From the IMG/VR virus record IMGVR_UViG_3300047551_001006, positions 1-57,889 of that record: DNA of 57,889 nt. One strand, given 5' to 3'. A program made the translations under genes and the position numbers. Positions 9,574 through 19,054 of the stretch are shown in pieces. Positions within the stretch are counted from its first letter, which is position 1, and every line of letters begins with the position of its first letter. Origin of the DNA: a virus (taxonomy: Duplodnaviria > Caudoviricetes). The notes beneath the pieces are model-generated. The model searched no databases. It was not told where the DNA came from and saw only the letters and a list, made by a program, of their open reading frames with translations.

Positions 9574-12374
9574 TGGACATAAACAAACTTTTTGAACGAG
9601 TATTAGTACTAGACGATTATGTAGAACAACATAATTTTCTTGTAGCAAAGCTTGCCCCTTCGTTAGTAAATGAATTAACTATTACAAATACCGATACGTT
9701 GGATGAAGCTACCAAGAAGAGAAAGAAGGCTAAGAAGAAAATTAAGGGATACGGATTTTTCTATCCATTATATCCTCGTGTAATAAAAACTGGTGAGCAA
9801 CCAAAAGAAGAACCAACAACCCCACCACCAACAGACAGCGGTGACACGGGTGGTGCAGACGCAGGTGCAGGTGAAGGTGGTAGTGCAGATGAAGCAGGAA
9901 TGGTTTATCCCTATTCACTTGGTCCGGAGCACGATGATGAATTCATACAGAAAGAAGCGTTGTCTAGCACGGAACGGATGCGGAGATACAATAAGCGTCA
10001 TCCCGAAAAAGTTCGAAAGTACCTTAAAAAGACTCAGGATGACCGCGTTGCCCGTAACCGCGACCGCAAGAAGGCAATCAAGAAGTACGGCAAGTCAAAG
10101 ATGAAAAACCACGATGTGCATCATCCAAATGGTGCACAAAATGGTAAATGGAAATTAGCTCGTAAAGACCACGGACGAGATAAGAAAAACGAAAATATAG
10201 AATATGTCTATCTTTCGGAATTGTATGAAGGACTTGTCCCAAATGGTCCGTGGAGATTGATAGTAGAAGGTGGTGCTGCGGGACATTTGGCACATCCATA
10301 CGAAGATGATAGTTTAACATTCGCAGACATCAAGGAAATGATTAAGCGCGGGTTGGTCGGTAGTTTAGACCAAGAAGCACCCGTGACCGAAAAACTTGAT
10401 GGACAAAACTTGACCTTTAGTGTTCGTGATGGTCGAGTAGTATTTGCTCGTAATAAAGGTCAAATCAAGGGGTTTGGTAAGAATGCGCTTGATGTTGCGG
10501 GTATTCGTAGTATGTTCGCAGGTCGTGGGGCAATCGAAAAATCATTTACCAGTGCGGCGGAAGATTTACAAGCAGCGGTGGATGCACTTCCATCAGAACA
10601 AAGAGAACAGATGTTTGGTGAAGGTCGTAAGTTTATGAACTTGGAAGTTATCTTTCCAGATACCAAAAATGTTATTCCATACGATAAACCTGTATTAGTA
10701 TTTCACGGAACTATCGAATACGACGAAAATGGTGAAGAAGTTGGTCGTAATATTGATGATGGTAAAGTATTTGATCAACAATTACAAGCAGTGAATGCAC
10801 AAAAACAAAAGACCTTCGGCTTATCAGGTCCACAATCTATTTCATTTAGTGATGCAGATACGGCACGAAATATGGAAAAGATGAAAGAATATGGGGCAAC
10901 CTTGGCACGATTACAACAAGAATTTGACCTTGATGATAAGAGTACCTTGGAAGATTACAAGAAGGCTTGGTGGAGAAGAGAAATTGATAAGATGGGGGTC
11001 AATCTTACCGATGAACAAAAAGAAAAGTTAGTACTCCGTTGGGCAACTGGTGATAAAAAAGCAATCGGGGTCAAGGATTTTGAAGATCCTGAAACCAAAA
11101 AATGGTTTAGACAATTCGAAGGAGAACAACTTGCTGATATGCAAAAGGCTTGTGTTCGTCCAGTAGAAAAGGTATTTTTACAGGTCGGGGTAGATACATT
11201 ACGACGAGTCACCAACTTATTAGCGGCTAATAATCCAGAAGCTGCGGCAATGTTAAAACAAGAATTAATAGATGCAATCAAGGCGGTTAAAGAAACTGGT
11301 GATAGAAACCAACTCGCTATCTTACAAAAACAAATCGAACGATTGGATGATTTGGGAATAGAAAACATAGTACCAAGTGAAGGTATTGTGTTTATGTACA
11401 AGGGTAAACCATACAAATTTACAGGCACCTTTGCTCCCGTCAATCAAATCCTCGGTATGATGAAGTTTAGTCGTGGAAAGGCAAAGGAAGTGGAAGAACC
11501 AGAAGAAAAACCAGCAGAAGAACCAAAGGTAGCCACTCAAACTACCACAACACCAACTGGTGAAAAACGAACGGTGGCAATCTTTACTGGTCGGTTCCAA
11601 CCATTCCACGCAGGACATTTTAGTATTTATCAAGCACTGGTCAAGAAATTTGGTAAAGATAATGTGTATATCGCAACAAGTGATAAGACAGACCCAACCA
11701 AATCACCATTTGGTTTTAAAGAAAAGCAACAAATTATTACTCGTATGTTTGATATTCCAGAAGATAGAATTGTACAAGTTAAAAACCCATATTCACCAAA
11801 AGAAATATTGGGACAACTACCACCAGATACTACTTACGTAACTGCGGTCAGTCAAAAGGACTCTGAACGATTGACGGGTGGAAAATATTTCAAAAATTAT
11901 GATGAAGTTCCTGATGCAGAACGAAAGGGATATGGTGAGCAAGGATACTACATCATCGCACCAGAAATGCAACTTCAACTCCAAGGTAAGAATATTAGTG
12001 GAACCCAAGTACGAGCAATATTTGGCAATCCAAAAATTACAGATAGAGCAAAGCAAGAAATTTTTACGATGATATATGGAAAATTTGACCCAGACATCTT
12101 TAAGAAAATTGTTAAAGTCACTACCGACTCCGAAGAAGCATTAAAGTTGACACAACAACACGGTGGTGAAAAGGCTGCAAAGGCTAAGATAAAGGATAAG
12201 GAACCAGCAGCAAAGAAACAACCAAAAACAAAACCAACACCAAAAGACCCATCATTCTACAAACCTGGGGAAACCTGGGAAACAGAGGGTGGAAACTTTG
12301 GTGGTAAAAATAAAAAGAACCAAGTACGATATTTCGGTACACAAGAAAGAGCAAAGAGATTTGCACAAACCTAA
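9573..12374 (+). CDS. Multidomain protein: degenerate HNH-like segment, ligase-like KxDG domain, HxGH cytidyltransferase-like domain
   Basis: 933 aa; NHDVHH in a basic segment; EGGAAGHLAHP..VTEKLDGQN; FTGRFQPFHAGH..ISGTQVR. Confidence 0.65.
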   Translation: MDINKLFERVLVLDDYVEQHNFLVAKLAPSLVNELTITNTDTLDEATKKRKKAKKKIKGYGFFYPLYPRVIKTGEQPKEEPTTPPPTDSGDTGGADAGAGEGGSADEAGMVYPYSLGPEHDDEFIQKEALSSTERMRRYNKRHPEKVRKYLKKTQDDRVARNRDRKKAIKKYGKSKMKNHDVHHPNGAQNGKWKLARKDHGRDKKNENIEYVYLSELYEGLVPNGPWRLIVEGGAAGHLAHPYEDDSLTFADIKEMIKRGLVGSLDQEAPVTEKLDGQNLTFSVRDGRVVFARNKGQIKGFGKNALDVAGIRSMFAGRGAIEKSFTSAAEDLQAAVDALPSEQREQMFGEGRKFMNLEVIFPDTKNVIPYDKPVLVFHGTIEYDENGEEVGRNIDDGKVFDQQLQAVNAQKQKTFGLSGPQSISFSDADTARNMEKMKEYGATLARLQQEFDLDDKSTLEDYKKAWWRREIDKMGVNLTDEQKEKLVLRWATGDKKAIGVKDFEDPETKKWFRQFEGEQLADMQKACVRPVEKVFLQVGVDTLRRVTNLLAANNPEAAAMLKQELIDAIKAVKETGDRNQLAILQKQIERLDDLGIENIVPSEGIVFMYKGKPYKFTGTFAPVNQILGMMKFSRGKAKEVEEPEEKPAEEPKVATQTTTTPTGEKRTVAIFTGRFQPFHAGHFSIYQALVKKFGKDNVYIATSDKTDPTKSPFGFKEKQQIITRMFDIPEDRIVQVKNPYSPKEILGQLPPDTTYVTAVSQKDSERLTGGKYFKNYDEVPDAERKGYGEQGYYIIAPEMQLQLQGKNISGTQVRAIFGNPKITDRAKQEIFTMIYGKFDPDIFKKIVKVTTDSEEALKLTQQHGGEKAAKAKIKDKEPAAKKQPKTKPTPKDPSFYKPGETWETEGGNFGGKNKKNQVRYFGTQERAKRFAQT

Positions 12375-12383
12375 GAGGTTATT

Positions 12384-12998
12384 ATGGCACGAATGGATGA
12401 AAAAGCATTAGGTGATGTAAGAAGAAAAATTGGCGAGGTAATGAAAAAAGGTGATACCAAACTTACCTTTGGATGGACACCTCAACAAGTAGAACGAAAA
12501 GAAGGTGAGGTATGGGAAGATGTGGACGGAAAGAAATGGACCAGAAAGAATGGTGTCATTCAATCCGTCACGAAATTAGATGGTTTCAAAACTCCGTGGT
12601 GGTGTCCAAAGTGTGGAACACCATTAAATGGTATTCATCTAAAGGCATACAAGAAAGCAGGTCACTGCCACGAATGTATGTTAAAAGAAGAAATGGAATT
12701 AAAAAAGTCTGGTAAGTGGCACGATGTAGTTGTTGAAAAAGGTCGCCAAAATCATATTGCAATAATCAAGGACAAAATACAAGAATTACAAAGTTATCAC
12801 GATAATCTCTCGCAACCAGAATTTATCCACGCCGATAACGAAAAAATTTTGATGATTGAAAAGTGGGATATGGATATCGATACTGTTAGAAAAGATTTAG
12901 CAGAAGAAATAACCAAACTACAAAAACATTTGGATATGGTTGAGTCTGGTATGAGTGAAGAAGAAATCAGACAATACTATGAAACACAGGAGCAATAA
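12384..12998 (+). CDS. Hypothetical zinc-ribbon protein
   Basis: 204 aa; CPKC..CHEC; SD GAGG. Confidence 0.6.
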   Translation: MARMDEKALGDVRRKIGEVMKKGDTKLTFGWTPQQVERKEGEVWEDVDGKKWTRKNGVIQSVTKLDGFKTPWWCPKCGTPLNGIHLKAYKKAGHCHECMLKEEMELKKSGKWHDVVVEKGRQNHIAIIKDKIQELQSYHDNLSQPEFIHADNEKILMIEKWDMDIDTVRKDLAEEITKLQKHLDMVESGMSEEEIRQYYETQEQ

Positions 12999-12999
12999 T

Positions 13000-13596
13000 A
13001 TGAAGGTTAAACTATTAGGATTACTACTAGTATTTGCCGGTGCGTTGTATTGGCAAGACAGTACAAGTGATGATGCGATGGACAAGTATATTGAAGAATA
13101 TAAACAATTTCAAGCAAAGGCAGATTCAGTCACAGAATTAGCAGATAGTTTGAAGGCAGAAATCGTCATCGCGGATAACGAATCCAGAGCAGCAGAAAGT
13201 CGAGCAAAGATACTCGGTCGCCAAGTTAACTCATTAAAAAATGAAACGTTGAGTATGGAAGAACGAGCAGAGGTGATGAAAGAAACACTTCTTGACACAT
13301 TAGAACTAGCTCGTCAAGTCTTACCACTCAAAGACTCTATTATCGCAAAACAAAAAGAAACCATCGCAGCACAAGATGGACAAGTCACAGAACTCCAAAG
13401 TGCATTACAAAGTAAGGATAATGCATTACGGATGGCACTGATACGTGGTGATAGTCTCCAAGCAGTCATTAATTTAATTCCACCAGCACCAAAGAACCCT
13501 AACCGTATGTTCGGATTTAAGTTACCAAGTCGTAAGGCATCATTCTTAGTTGGTGTCGCTATGGGTGTTGGAACTTCAATATTGGTGGTCAAGTAA
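13000..13596 (+). CDS. Membrane-anchored coiled-coil protein (possibly spanin-like)
   Basis: Start moved to ATG 13000 after AGGAG; N-terminal hydrophobic helix, long coiled coil, C-terminal hydrophobic helix. Confidence 0.5.
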   Translation: MKVKLLGLLLVFAGALYWQDSTSDDAMDKYIEEYKQFQAKADSVTELADSLKAEIVIADNESRAAESRAKILGRQVNSLKNETLSMEERAEVMKETLLDTLELARQVLPLKDSIIAKQKETIAAQDGQVTELQSALQSKDNALRMALIRGDSLQAVINLIPPAPKNPNRMFGFKLPSRKASFLVGVAMGVGTSILVVK

Positions 13597-13605
13597 GAGG
13601 TTTTT

Positions 13606-15192
13606 ATGAACGCAACTGCACAGCAGTTAAGAGAACGAATTAAAGAAGAATATAAGAAGTGTGCGGTTGATCCTGCATACTTCTTATCAAAGTATTCGTA
13701 CATTCAACATCCCGTTCGTGGTCGAATGTTGTTTGATTTATACCACTATCAGAAAAAGTCATTACACGATTTTATGAACTTTGATTATAACATCGTGTTA
13801 AAAGGCCGTCAGATTGGTATTTCAACATTAGTGGCTGGATACGCACTCTGGATGTTATTGTTCCACAAAGATAAAAATATCCTTGTTATCGCAACCAAAC
13901 AAGAAACTGCAAAGAACTTGGTGACCAAAGTTCGGTTCATGCATCAAAACCTTCCAGTTTGGCTTCGTGGTGAAATTGTCACGGATAATAAACTATCATT
14001 ACAATTTACCAACGGGTCACAAATCAAGGCGGTAGCAAGTAGTAAAGACGCCGGACGTTCGGAAGCATTGTCTCTTCTTATTCTGGACGAAGCGGCGTTT
14101 ATTGATGACGCGGATATAATCTGGACCGCAGCATCCAGTACCTTATCAACGGGTGGTCAAGCTATCTTATTATCTACTCCGAATGGTGTGGGTAATTTCT
14201 TCCATAAAATGTGGATGCAAGCAGAAACAAAGGAAAATAATTTCAATCCTATTTTGTTGGATTGGAGAGTACACCCAGAACGTGACCAAGCATGGCGTGA
14301 CCGTCAAACGGAACTGATGGGAGAACTCCAAGCGTCCCAAGAACATGACGCATCTTTCATCTTCTCAGGTAATACAGTCATCCCACCAGAAATCATAGAA
14401 TTTTATAAATCAACATTTGTCCAAGAACCAATTACCAAAGGTGGATTTGATGGAAACCTTTGGGTATGGGAATATGCACAACCTGGAAAATCCTATATAG
14501 TATCTGCCGACATTGCTCGTGGAGATGGTGAGGACTATTCCAGTTTCCACGTGATTGATGTGGAAACCTCAACCCAAGTAGCAGAATACAAGGGGAAGGT
14601 AGAAACCAAACAGTTCGGGAATATGTTAGTGTCTATCGCAACGGAATATAATGACGCACTTCTTATTCCAGAAAATAGTAGTATAGGATGGAATGCTATT
14701 CAGCAGGTCATAGATAGAGGATATAGAAATCTCTTTTATATGTCCAAAGACTTACAATACGTGGACGTAGAACATCAAATGACAGGTCGATATTATCGTG
14801 AAGAACGAAATATGGTACCTGGATTCACTACATCTCAACGCACCCGTCCGTTAGTTATCGCACGATTAAAAGAATATATGTTAGAAAATAGTTTTACTAT
14901 TCGGTCATCTCGTATGTGTGCTGAATTAGAAACTTTTATTTGGAAGAATGGTAGACCAGAGGCATTATCTGGTTATAATGATGACTTGACGATGGCACTT
15001 TGTATCGGTCTGTGGGTTCGTGATACCGCCCTCCGTTTGCGTCAGGAAGGTATAGAATTGACGAAGTTGGCGATAGACAAGACAAAGTACAACGTCATCG
15101 GTCATGTCTATACAAGCAACAATATGACGCACAATCCATACGAAATGGATATTGGTGGTAAAAAGGAAAATATATCGTGGTTACTAGGATAA
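13606..15192 (+). CDS. terL: Terminase large subunit (T4 gp17-like)
   Basis: 528 aa; KGRQIGIS Walker A, LLILDEAAF Walker B, LSTPNG motif III, RNase H-like SADIARG and NDDLTMA. Confidence 0.95.
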   Translation: MNATAQQLRERIKEEYKKCAVDPAYFLSKYSYIQHPVRGRMLFDLYHYQKKSLHDFMNFDYNIVLKGRQIGISTLVAGYALWMLLFHKDKNILVIATKQETAKNLVTKVRFMHQNLPVWLRGEIVTDNKLSLQFTNGSQIKAVASSKDAGRSEALSLLILDEAAFIDDADIIWTAASSTLSTGGQAILLSTPNGVGNFFHKMWMQAETKENNFNPILLDWRVHPERDQAWRDRQTELMGELQASQEHDASFIFSGNTVIPPEIIEFYKSTFVQEPITKGGFDGNLWVWEYAQPGKSYIVSADIARGDGEDYSSFHVIDVETSTQVAEYKGKVETKQFGNMLVSIATEYNDALLIPENSSIGWNAIQQVIDRGYRNLFYMSKDLQYVDVEHQMTGRYYREERNMVPGFTTSQRTRPLVIARLKEYMLENSFTIRSSRMCAELETFIWKNGRPEALSGYNDDLTMALCIGLWVRDTALRLRQEGIELTKLAIDKTKYNVIGHVYTSNNMTHNPYEMDIGGKKENISWLLG

Positions 15193-15231
15193 TACACTAT
15201 TTATAATGTAGTGTTTTTATTGGATTTAACT

Positions 15232-15390
15232 ATGATTAAATTAGTTGATATTTTATTGACCGAAAAATGGACAAAGAAGTACAAAAAGTCTATAAATTGC
15301 AGTAATCCAAAGGGTTTCAGCCAAAAAGCACATTGCGCAGGACGTAGAAAGCGCAAACGCGGTGGTGTCACAAAATCTAAACCGGTATAA
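15232..15390 (+). CDS. Small basic protein missed by the ORF track (52 aa, MIKLVDILLTEKWTKKYKKSINCSNPKGFSQKAHCAGRRKRKRGGVTKSKPV)
   Basis: Hand translation; follows TATTTATA at 15198 and shares the MIKLxDxLxE N-terminus of neighbouring genes. Confidence 0.75.
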   Translation: MIKLVDILLTEKWTKKYKKSINCSNPKGFSQKAHCAGRRKRKRGGVTKSKPV

Positions 15391-15393
15391 GAT

Positions 15394-15954
15394 ATGACCA
15401 AAGATGAACTTTTAGAAATTATCCGTGAAGAATTAGATAATATCATGGCAGAATGGGATACGAAAAACCCAGATGATGATCCATCACCACGATGGAATAA
15501 GGCTGACCAGGATGCCGTGGATAAGCAAAGAGCAAATTTGTTTAAGAAGCAAATGGCAAAACAATCTATGATGTCACAAAAGGTCAAGTACAAGAACCCA
15601 GATGGAACCGAAGGTGAAGCTACCGTCAAGACATTATTGGGATACGATAAGGATCATCCAGGTCGTAAAGCTGCGGCAAGAATGTATGCGCAGTATATGG
15701 CTAAGAATAAAGAAGAAAATACCATTTCAGAACATAGTGCTGAATTAGATGAACGCACCGTGGCAAGTCGGGAACCACCACGTAAGATGTCGAAGGACCA
15801 AGTAACCAAACGTGATGGTATCGGTAAGAAGTTGATGAAGAATAAGCGTGCACTTCGTTATTTCAAGGATAAGTTCGGTGATGATTGGAAATCATATCTC
15901 TGGGCAGCATCAACCAATAAAGCAATCGACGGTAAGAAAAAAGGTAAAAAGTAA
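15394..15954 (+). CDS. Hypothetical charged protein (candidate capsid-internal protein)
   Basis: 186 aa; N-terminal LLEIIREEL; KNPxG..VKTLLGY..P.RKAA module also found in 24132..24815. Confidence 0.6.
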   Translation: MTKDELLEIIREELDNIMAEWDTKNPDDDPSPRWNKADQDAVDKQRANLFKKQMAKQSMMSQKVKYKNPDGTEGEATVKTLLGYDKDHPGRKAAARMYAQYMAKNKEENTISEHSAELDERTVASREPPRKMSKDQVTKRDGIGKKLMKNKRALRYFKDKFGDDWKSYLWAASTNKAIDGKKKGKK

Positions 15955-16439
15955 TGGAATACAGAGAATATTATTCATATATTTTTGAGGATTGTGATTG
16001 TCTCCACGAAGCAGATTGTGGATGCGGTCAAGAAGAAGGATATCCTTGGGGTGGATACAAGGAAACTGAAAGTGATTTCGCAGACCCACGACTTCAAAAG
16101 ATGGAAGAAATATCAGCAATATTAGAAAAGAATATTCCAACCAGTCCTGATAAATGGGCACGAGCAAAGGCGGCAGCTCGTTCAAAGTTCAAGGTCTATC
16201 CATCCGCATACGCAAATCTATGGGCAGCAAAGAAATACAAGAGTATGGGTGGTGGTTGGAAGAAGGGAAAGAAGGAAGAATATCATATTCCACACAAGCG
16301 CCGTGACCCTATGGGTCAAGAGGATGCGGACATCAATAACGATGGAAAGGTGGATTTAACAGATAAGATGTTGAAGGCAAAGAGAGATTTATATAAACGA
16401 TATTTAGTAGCAAAAGAAAAAGGTCAGAAAAGTATTTAA
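15954..16439 (+). CDS. Hypothetical protein with EF-hand-like DINNDGKVD loop
   Basis: 161 aa; KFKVYPSAYAN..YKSMGGGWK module; overlaps the upstream stop (TAATG). Confidence 0.6.
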   Translation: MEYREYYSYIFEDCDCLHEADCGCGQEEGYPWGGYKETESDFADPRLQKMEEISAILEKNIPTSPDKWARAKAAARSKFKVYPSAYANLWAAKKYKSMGGGWKKGKKEEYHIPHKRRDPMGQEDADINNDGKVDLTDKMLKAKRDLYKRYLVAKEKGQKSI

Positions 16440-16456
16440 CATTTTGGAGAGTTCCG

Positions 16457-17107
16457 ATGATTAGATTAATGGGATTAATACCTGGTATCAAAGCAATTGG
16501 TGAAAAACCAGTTGGTTCGATGAACGAAGAAGAAAAATGGATACAAAAGGCAATCAAGAAGCCAGGTGCATTAAAGAAGCAACTTGGAGTTGCAGCAGAT
16601 GAACCAATTCCAGCAGGTAAGTTAAAGGCAGCTGCTGAAAAGGGTGGTAAATTAGGTCAACGTGCACGTTTGGCTATGACTTTAAAAAAGTTAAAAGAAG
16701 AAACAGAACTCTCCGAAGAACAATCTGTAAAGCTTGATGAACTTATTGCACAATTAGAAGCAATGGACCCAGTTGGTCAAGAAGATGGTGATATCGATAA
16801 TGACGGTGATAAGGACTCTTCTGACAAGTATTTACAAGCTCGCCGTGATGCAATCGGTAAGGCAATGAAGAAAGAAGGTGCAGAAGGTGAAGATCACGAA
16901 GTATCTATGGCACATAATGCATTAGATGACATCATCAAGAATGCAACCGAATTAAAGAGTAAGATGGGTGAAGGTGAAAAGGACATTCCAGCATGGATTC
17001 AAGACCACGTTTCACAAGCACAAAACTTCATCAGCCAAGCAAATACTAACTATCATGAATACGGTGATAAGGGTATGGATATGAACCCACCGATGGAAGC
17101 TAAGTAA
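16457..17107 (+). CDS. Hypothetical modular protein (WIQKAIKKPGAL module + DIDNDGDKD loop)
   Basis: 216 aa; SD GGAG. Confidence 0.6.
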   Translation: MIRLMGLIPGIKAIGEKPVGSMNEEEKWIQKAIKKPGALKKQLGVAADEPIPAGKLKAAAEKGGKLGQRARLAMTLKKLKEETELSEEQSVKLDELIAQLEAMDPVGQEDGDIDNDGDKDSSDKYLQARRDAIGKAMKKEGAEGEDHEVSMAHNALDDIIKNATELKSKMGEGEKDIPAWIQDHVSQAQNFISQANTNYHEYGDKGMDMNPPMEAK

Positions 17108-17469
17108 TGGAAACCGTTGCAAAGTTTTTGTCCACACTATTCAATAGTCGTGACCAAGCACATATCTTCCATTTACAAACTTCATCATATGCTGCTCACA
17201 AGGCATTAAATTCGTATTATGAAGATATTGTAGATTTGATAGATAGTTACGCAGAAAATTTTCAAGGTCGTTATGGCATCATTCGTGGTTATACTCCACA
17301 AAAGCAATACTTTGAAGGTGATGAAGTAGTCAAGTATTTTACTGGATTATCAACCTATATTGATAGTGTTCGTAAAGGATTACCACAAGATAGTGACCTT
17401 AATAATATCGTAGATGAAATGTCATCACTAGTCAATTCTACGATTTACAAGTTGAAGTTCTTAAAGTAA
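17107..17469 (+). CDS. Ferritin/Dps-like four-helix protein
   Basis: 120 aa; H.FHLQT.SYAAHKAL..YY....DLID.YAE pattern of Dps-like ferroxidase helices. Confidence 0.65.
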   Translation: METVAKFLSTLFNSRDQAHIFHLQTSSYAAHKALNSYYEDIVDLIDSYAENFQGRYGIIRGYTPQKQYFEGDEVVKYFTGLSTYIDSVRKGLPQDSDLNNIVDEMSSLVNSTIYKLKFLK

Positions 17470-17795
17470 TGAAATTACAAGATATTTTAGTTGAACTTAC
17501 CGAAGATATTTTGGATGAGAAGTATAAACCAAAAGGTGAATTGGGTAAGTGGTTGAAGCAAAAATGGGTGGATATTTCCAGAAAAGATAAAAAAACTGGA
17601 AAGCATCCACCGTGTGGTGCTTCGGCTGGTAAAAAAGAACGTAAAGGTGGTTCGGCCAAATATCCAAAGTGTAGACCAGCACGTTCCGCAGCAGCAATGA
17701 CTAAGGGTGAAAAGCGGTCAGCTGTAGTAAGAAAGAGAAAAGCAGGAAATCCAGGTGGAAAACCAACGATGGTTTCTACCTTTAAAAAGAAATAA
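17469..17795 (+). CDS. Hypothetical basic protein
   Basis: 108 aa; MKLQDILVE N-terminus; KWVDIS..PCG..YPKCRP. Confidence 0.65.
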   Translation: MKLQDILVELTEDILDEKYKPKGELGKWLKQKWVDISRKDKKTGKHPPCGASAGKKERKGGSAKYPKCRPARSAAAMTKGEKRSAVVRKRKAGNPGGKPTMVSTFKKK

Positions 17796-17818
17796 AACTC
17801 TTGACTTTGAGAGCAAAT

Positions 17819-18373
17819 ATGATTAGATTGGCTGATATTCTATGTGAAGCTTGTTGGGATGGATACAAGCAAGTTGGAATGAAGGAACTAAATGGTAAGA
17901 TGGTTCCTAACTGTGTTCCAGTAGAAGAACTATATCATCGTCCCGAAAGTGAAGTCACATCGGATAGCGACTTCAAACCAGACCAAGATAATGAACGTGA
18001 CCAATTTGGTTCGGAAGGAATGGATGAAATACACGAAGGTGAATTCTGTAATGAATGTTTAATAGAAGTTCTTGAAGGATTACACGAAGATCAACTTGGT
18101 GAAGCAGAATATCGTGGTCGTAAGGTTCCTCTTGGAAAGATTATGAGAGGAGATACCAAGAAGTTTAAGGTATATGTTCGTGACCCAAAGAGTGGCAATA
18201 TTAAGAAGGTTAGTTTTGGTCACGGTGGTTCATCCGCTCGTAAGCGTGGTGAAAAGACGATGAAAATTAAAAAAAATATTCCTTCTCGTCGTAAAGCATT
18301 CCGTGCAAGACACAACTGTGATAATCCAGGTCCAAGAACAAAAGCTCGTTATTGGGCATGTAGGACTTGGTAA
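17819..18373 (+). CDS. Hypothetical protein with basic C-terminal domain (FRARHNC..ARYWAC)
   Basis: Start moved to ATG 17819 (MIRLADILCE). Confidence 0.65.
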   Translation: MIRLADILCEACWDGYKQVGMKELNGKMVPNCVPVEELYHRPESEVTSDSDFKPDQDNERDQFGSEGMDEIHEGEFCNECLIEVLEGLHEDQLGEAEYRGRKVPLGKIMRGDTKKFKVYVRDPKSGNIKKVSFGHGGSSARKRGEKTMKIKKNIPSRRKAFRARHNCDNPGPRTKARYWACRTW

Positions 18374-18374
18374 T

Positions 18375-18698
18375 ATGAAAAAGAAGATTTCACGAGAAAC
18401 TTCCGATACAATATTAACCAAAATGGGTTACAACTTCAGCCCAACAGAATTCTTTTTGGGAATGAATACAGAGTTAGAACATCAAGATGTGACCCACGGT
18501 AATGTGGTCAAGACTGCAAAAATCGCAGCTGCACATTTAAGAGAAAACCCAAAGTATTATTCGTTATTAATGAAGCATGTAGAAAAAAAGAAAGCAGAAC
18601 AACTCGTAGGACCTGGTGGGGCAATAAATGCAGCACCTAAACCACAAGATGTTAAGAAAATGCGAACAGCATTGGATAGGGAGAAAAAGAATGATTAA
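18375..18698 (+). CDS. Hypothetical protein (GMNTELEH..KIAAAHLRENPKYY family)
   Basis: Start moved to ATG 18375, directly after the previous stop. Confidence 0.65.
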   Translation: MKKKISRETSDTILTKMGYNFSPTEFFLGMNTELEHQDVTHGNVVKTAKIAAAHLRENPKYYSLLMKHVEKKKAEQLVGPGGAINAAPKPQDVKKMRTALDREKKND

Positions 18699-19041
18699 GC
18701 TCACAGATTTAATCACAGAAGCAGGTAAGCAAAACCGCATCAATTCAATGCGTTTAGTCGCATTACTTGAAAAGTTGGTTCCAACTTTGAAAGAAGCACA
18801 AGAAGATAAAGTAATGAAGATGGCAGCAGAATTGTTGGCAGGTATTACCAAGGTGAATGAAATGCCATATAATTACAACACGATGTCTGAATGGCATATG
18901 ACCGAATTAGCAACCGTGGTCATGCCAGCTCGTGATTTACGTGAAACATTAAATAGTCTATTGCAAAAACCAACGAAGGGTTTAGATACAACAGTTCTCG
19001 AAATGGTTATCAAGTCAATAGACGAATTGTATATCTACTAA
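18691..19041 (+). CDS. Hypothetical helical protein
   Basis: Start moved to ATG 18691 after GGGAG; MIKLTDLITE N-terminus. Confidence 0.6.
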   Translation: MIKLTDLITEAGKQNRINSMRLVALLEKLVPTLKEAQEDKVMKMAAELLAGITKVNEMPYNYNTMSEWHMTELATVVMPARDLRETLNSLLQKPTKGLDTTVLEMVIKSIDELYIY

Positions 19042-19054
19042 AAGTTGAGGGGTT

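Noticed and set aside
13606-15192. Intein or intron in terminase
   Set aside because: Continuous 528-aa ORF with normally spaced motifs and no splicing signatures
15201-15629. 142-aa minus-strand ORF after terminase
   Set aside because: Antisense to the 52-aa and 186-aa + strand genes, which have a promoter motif and conserved modules
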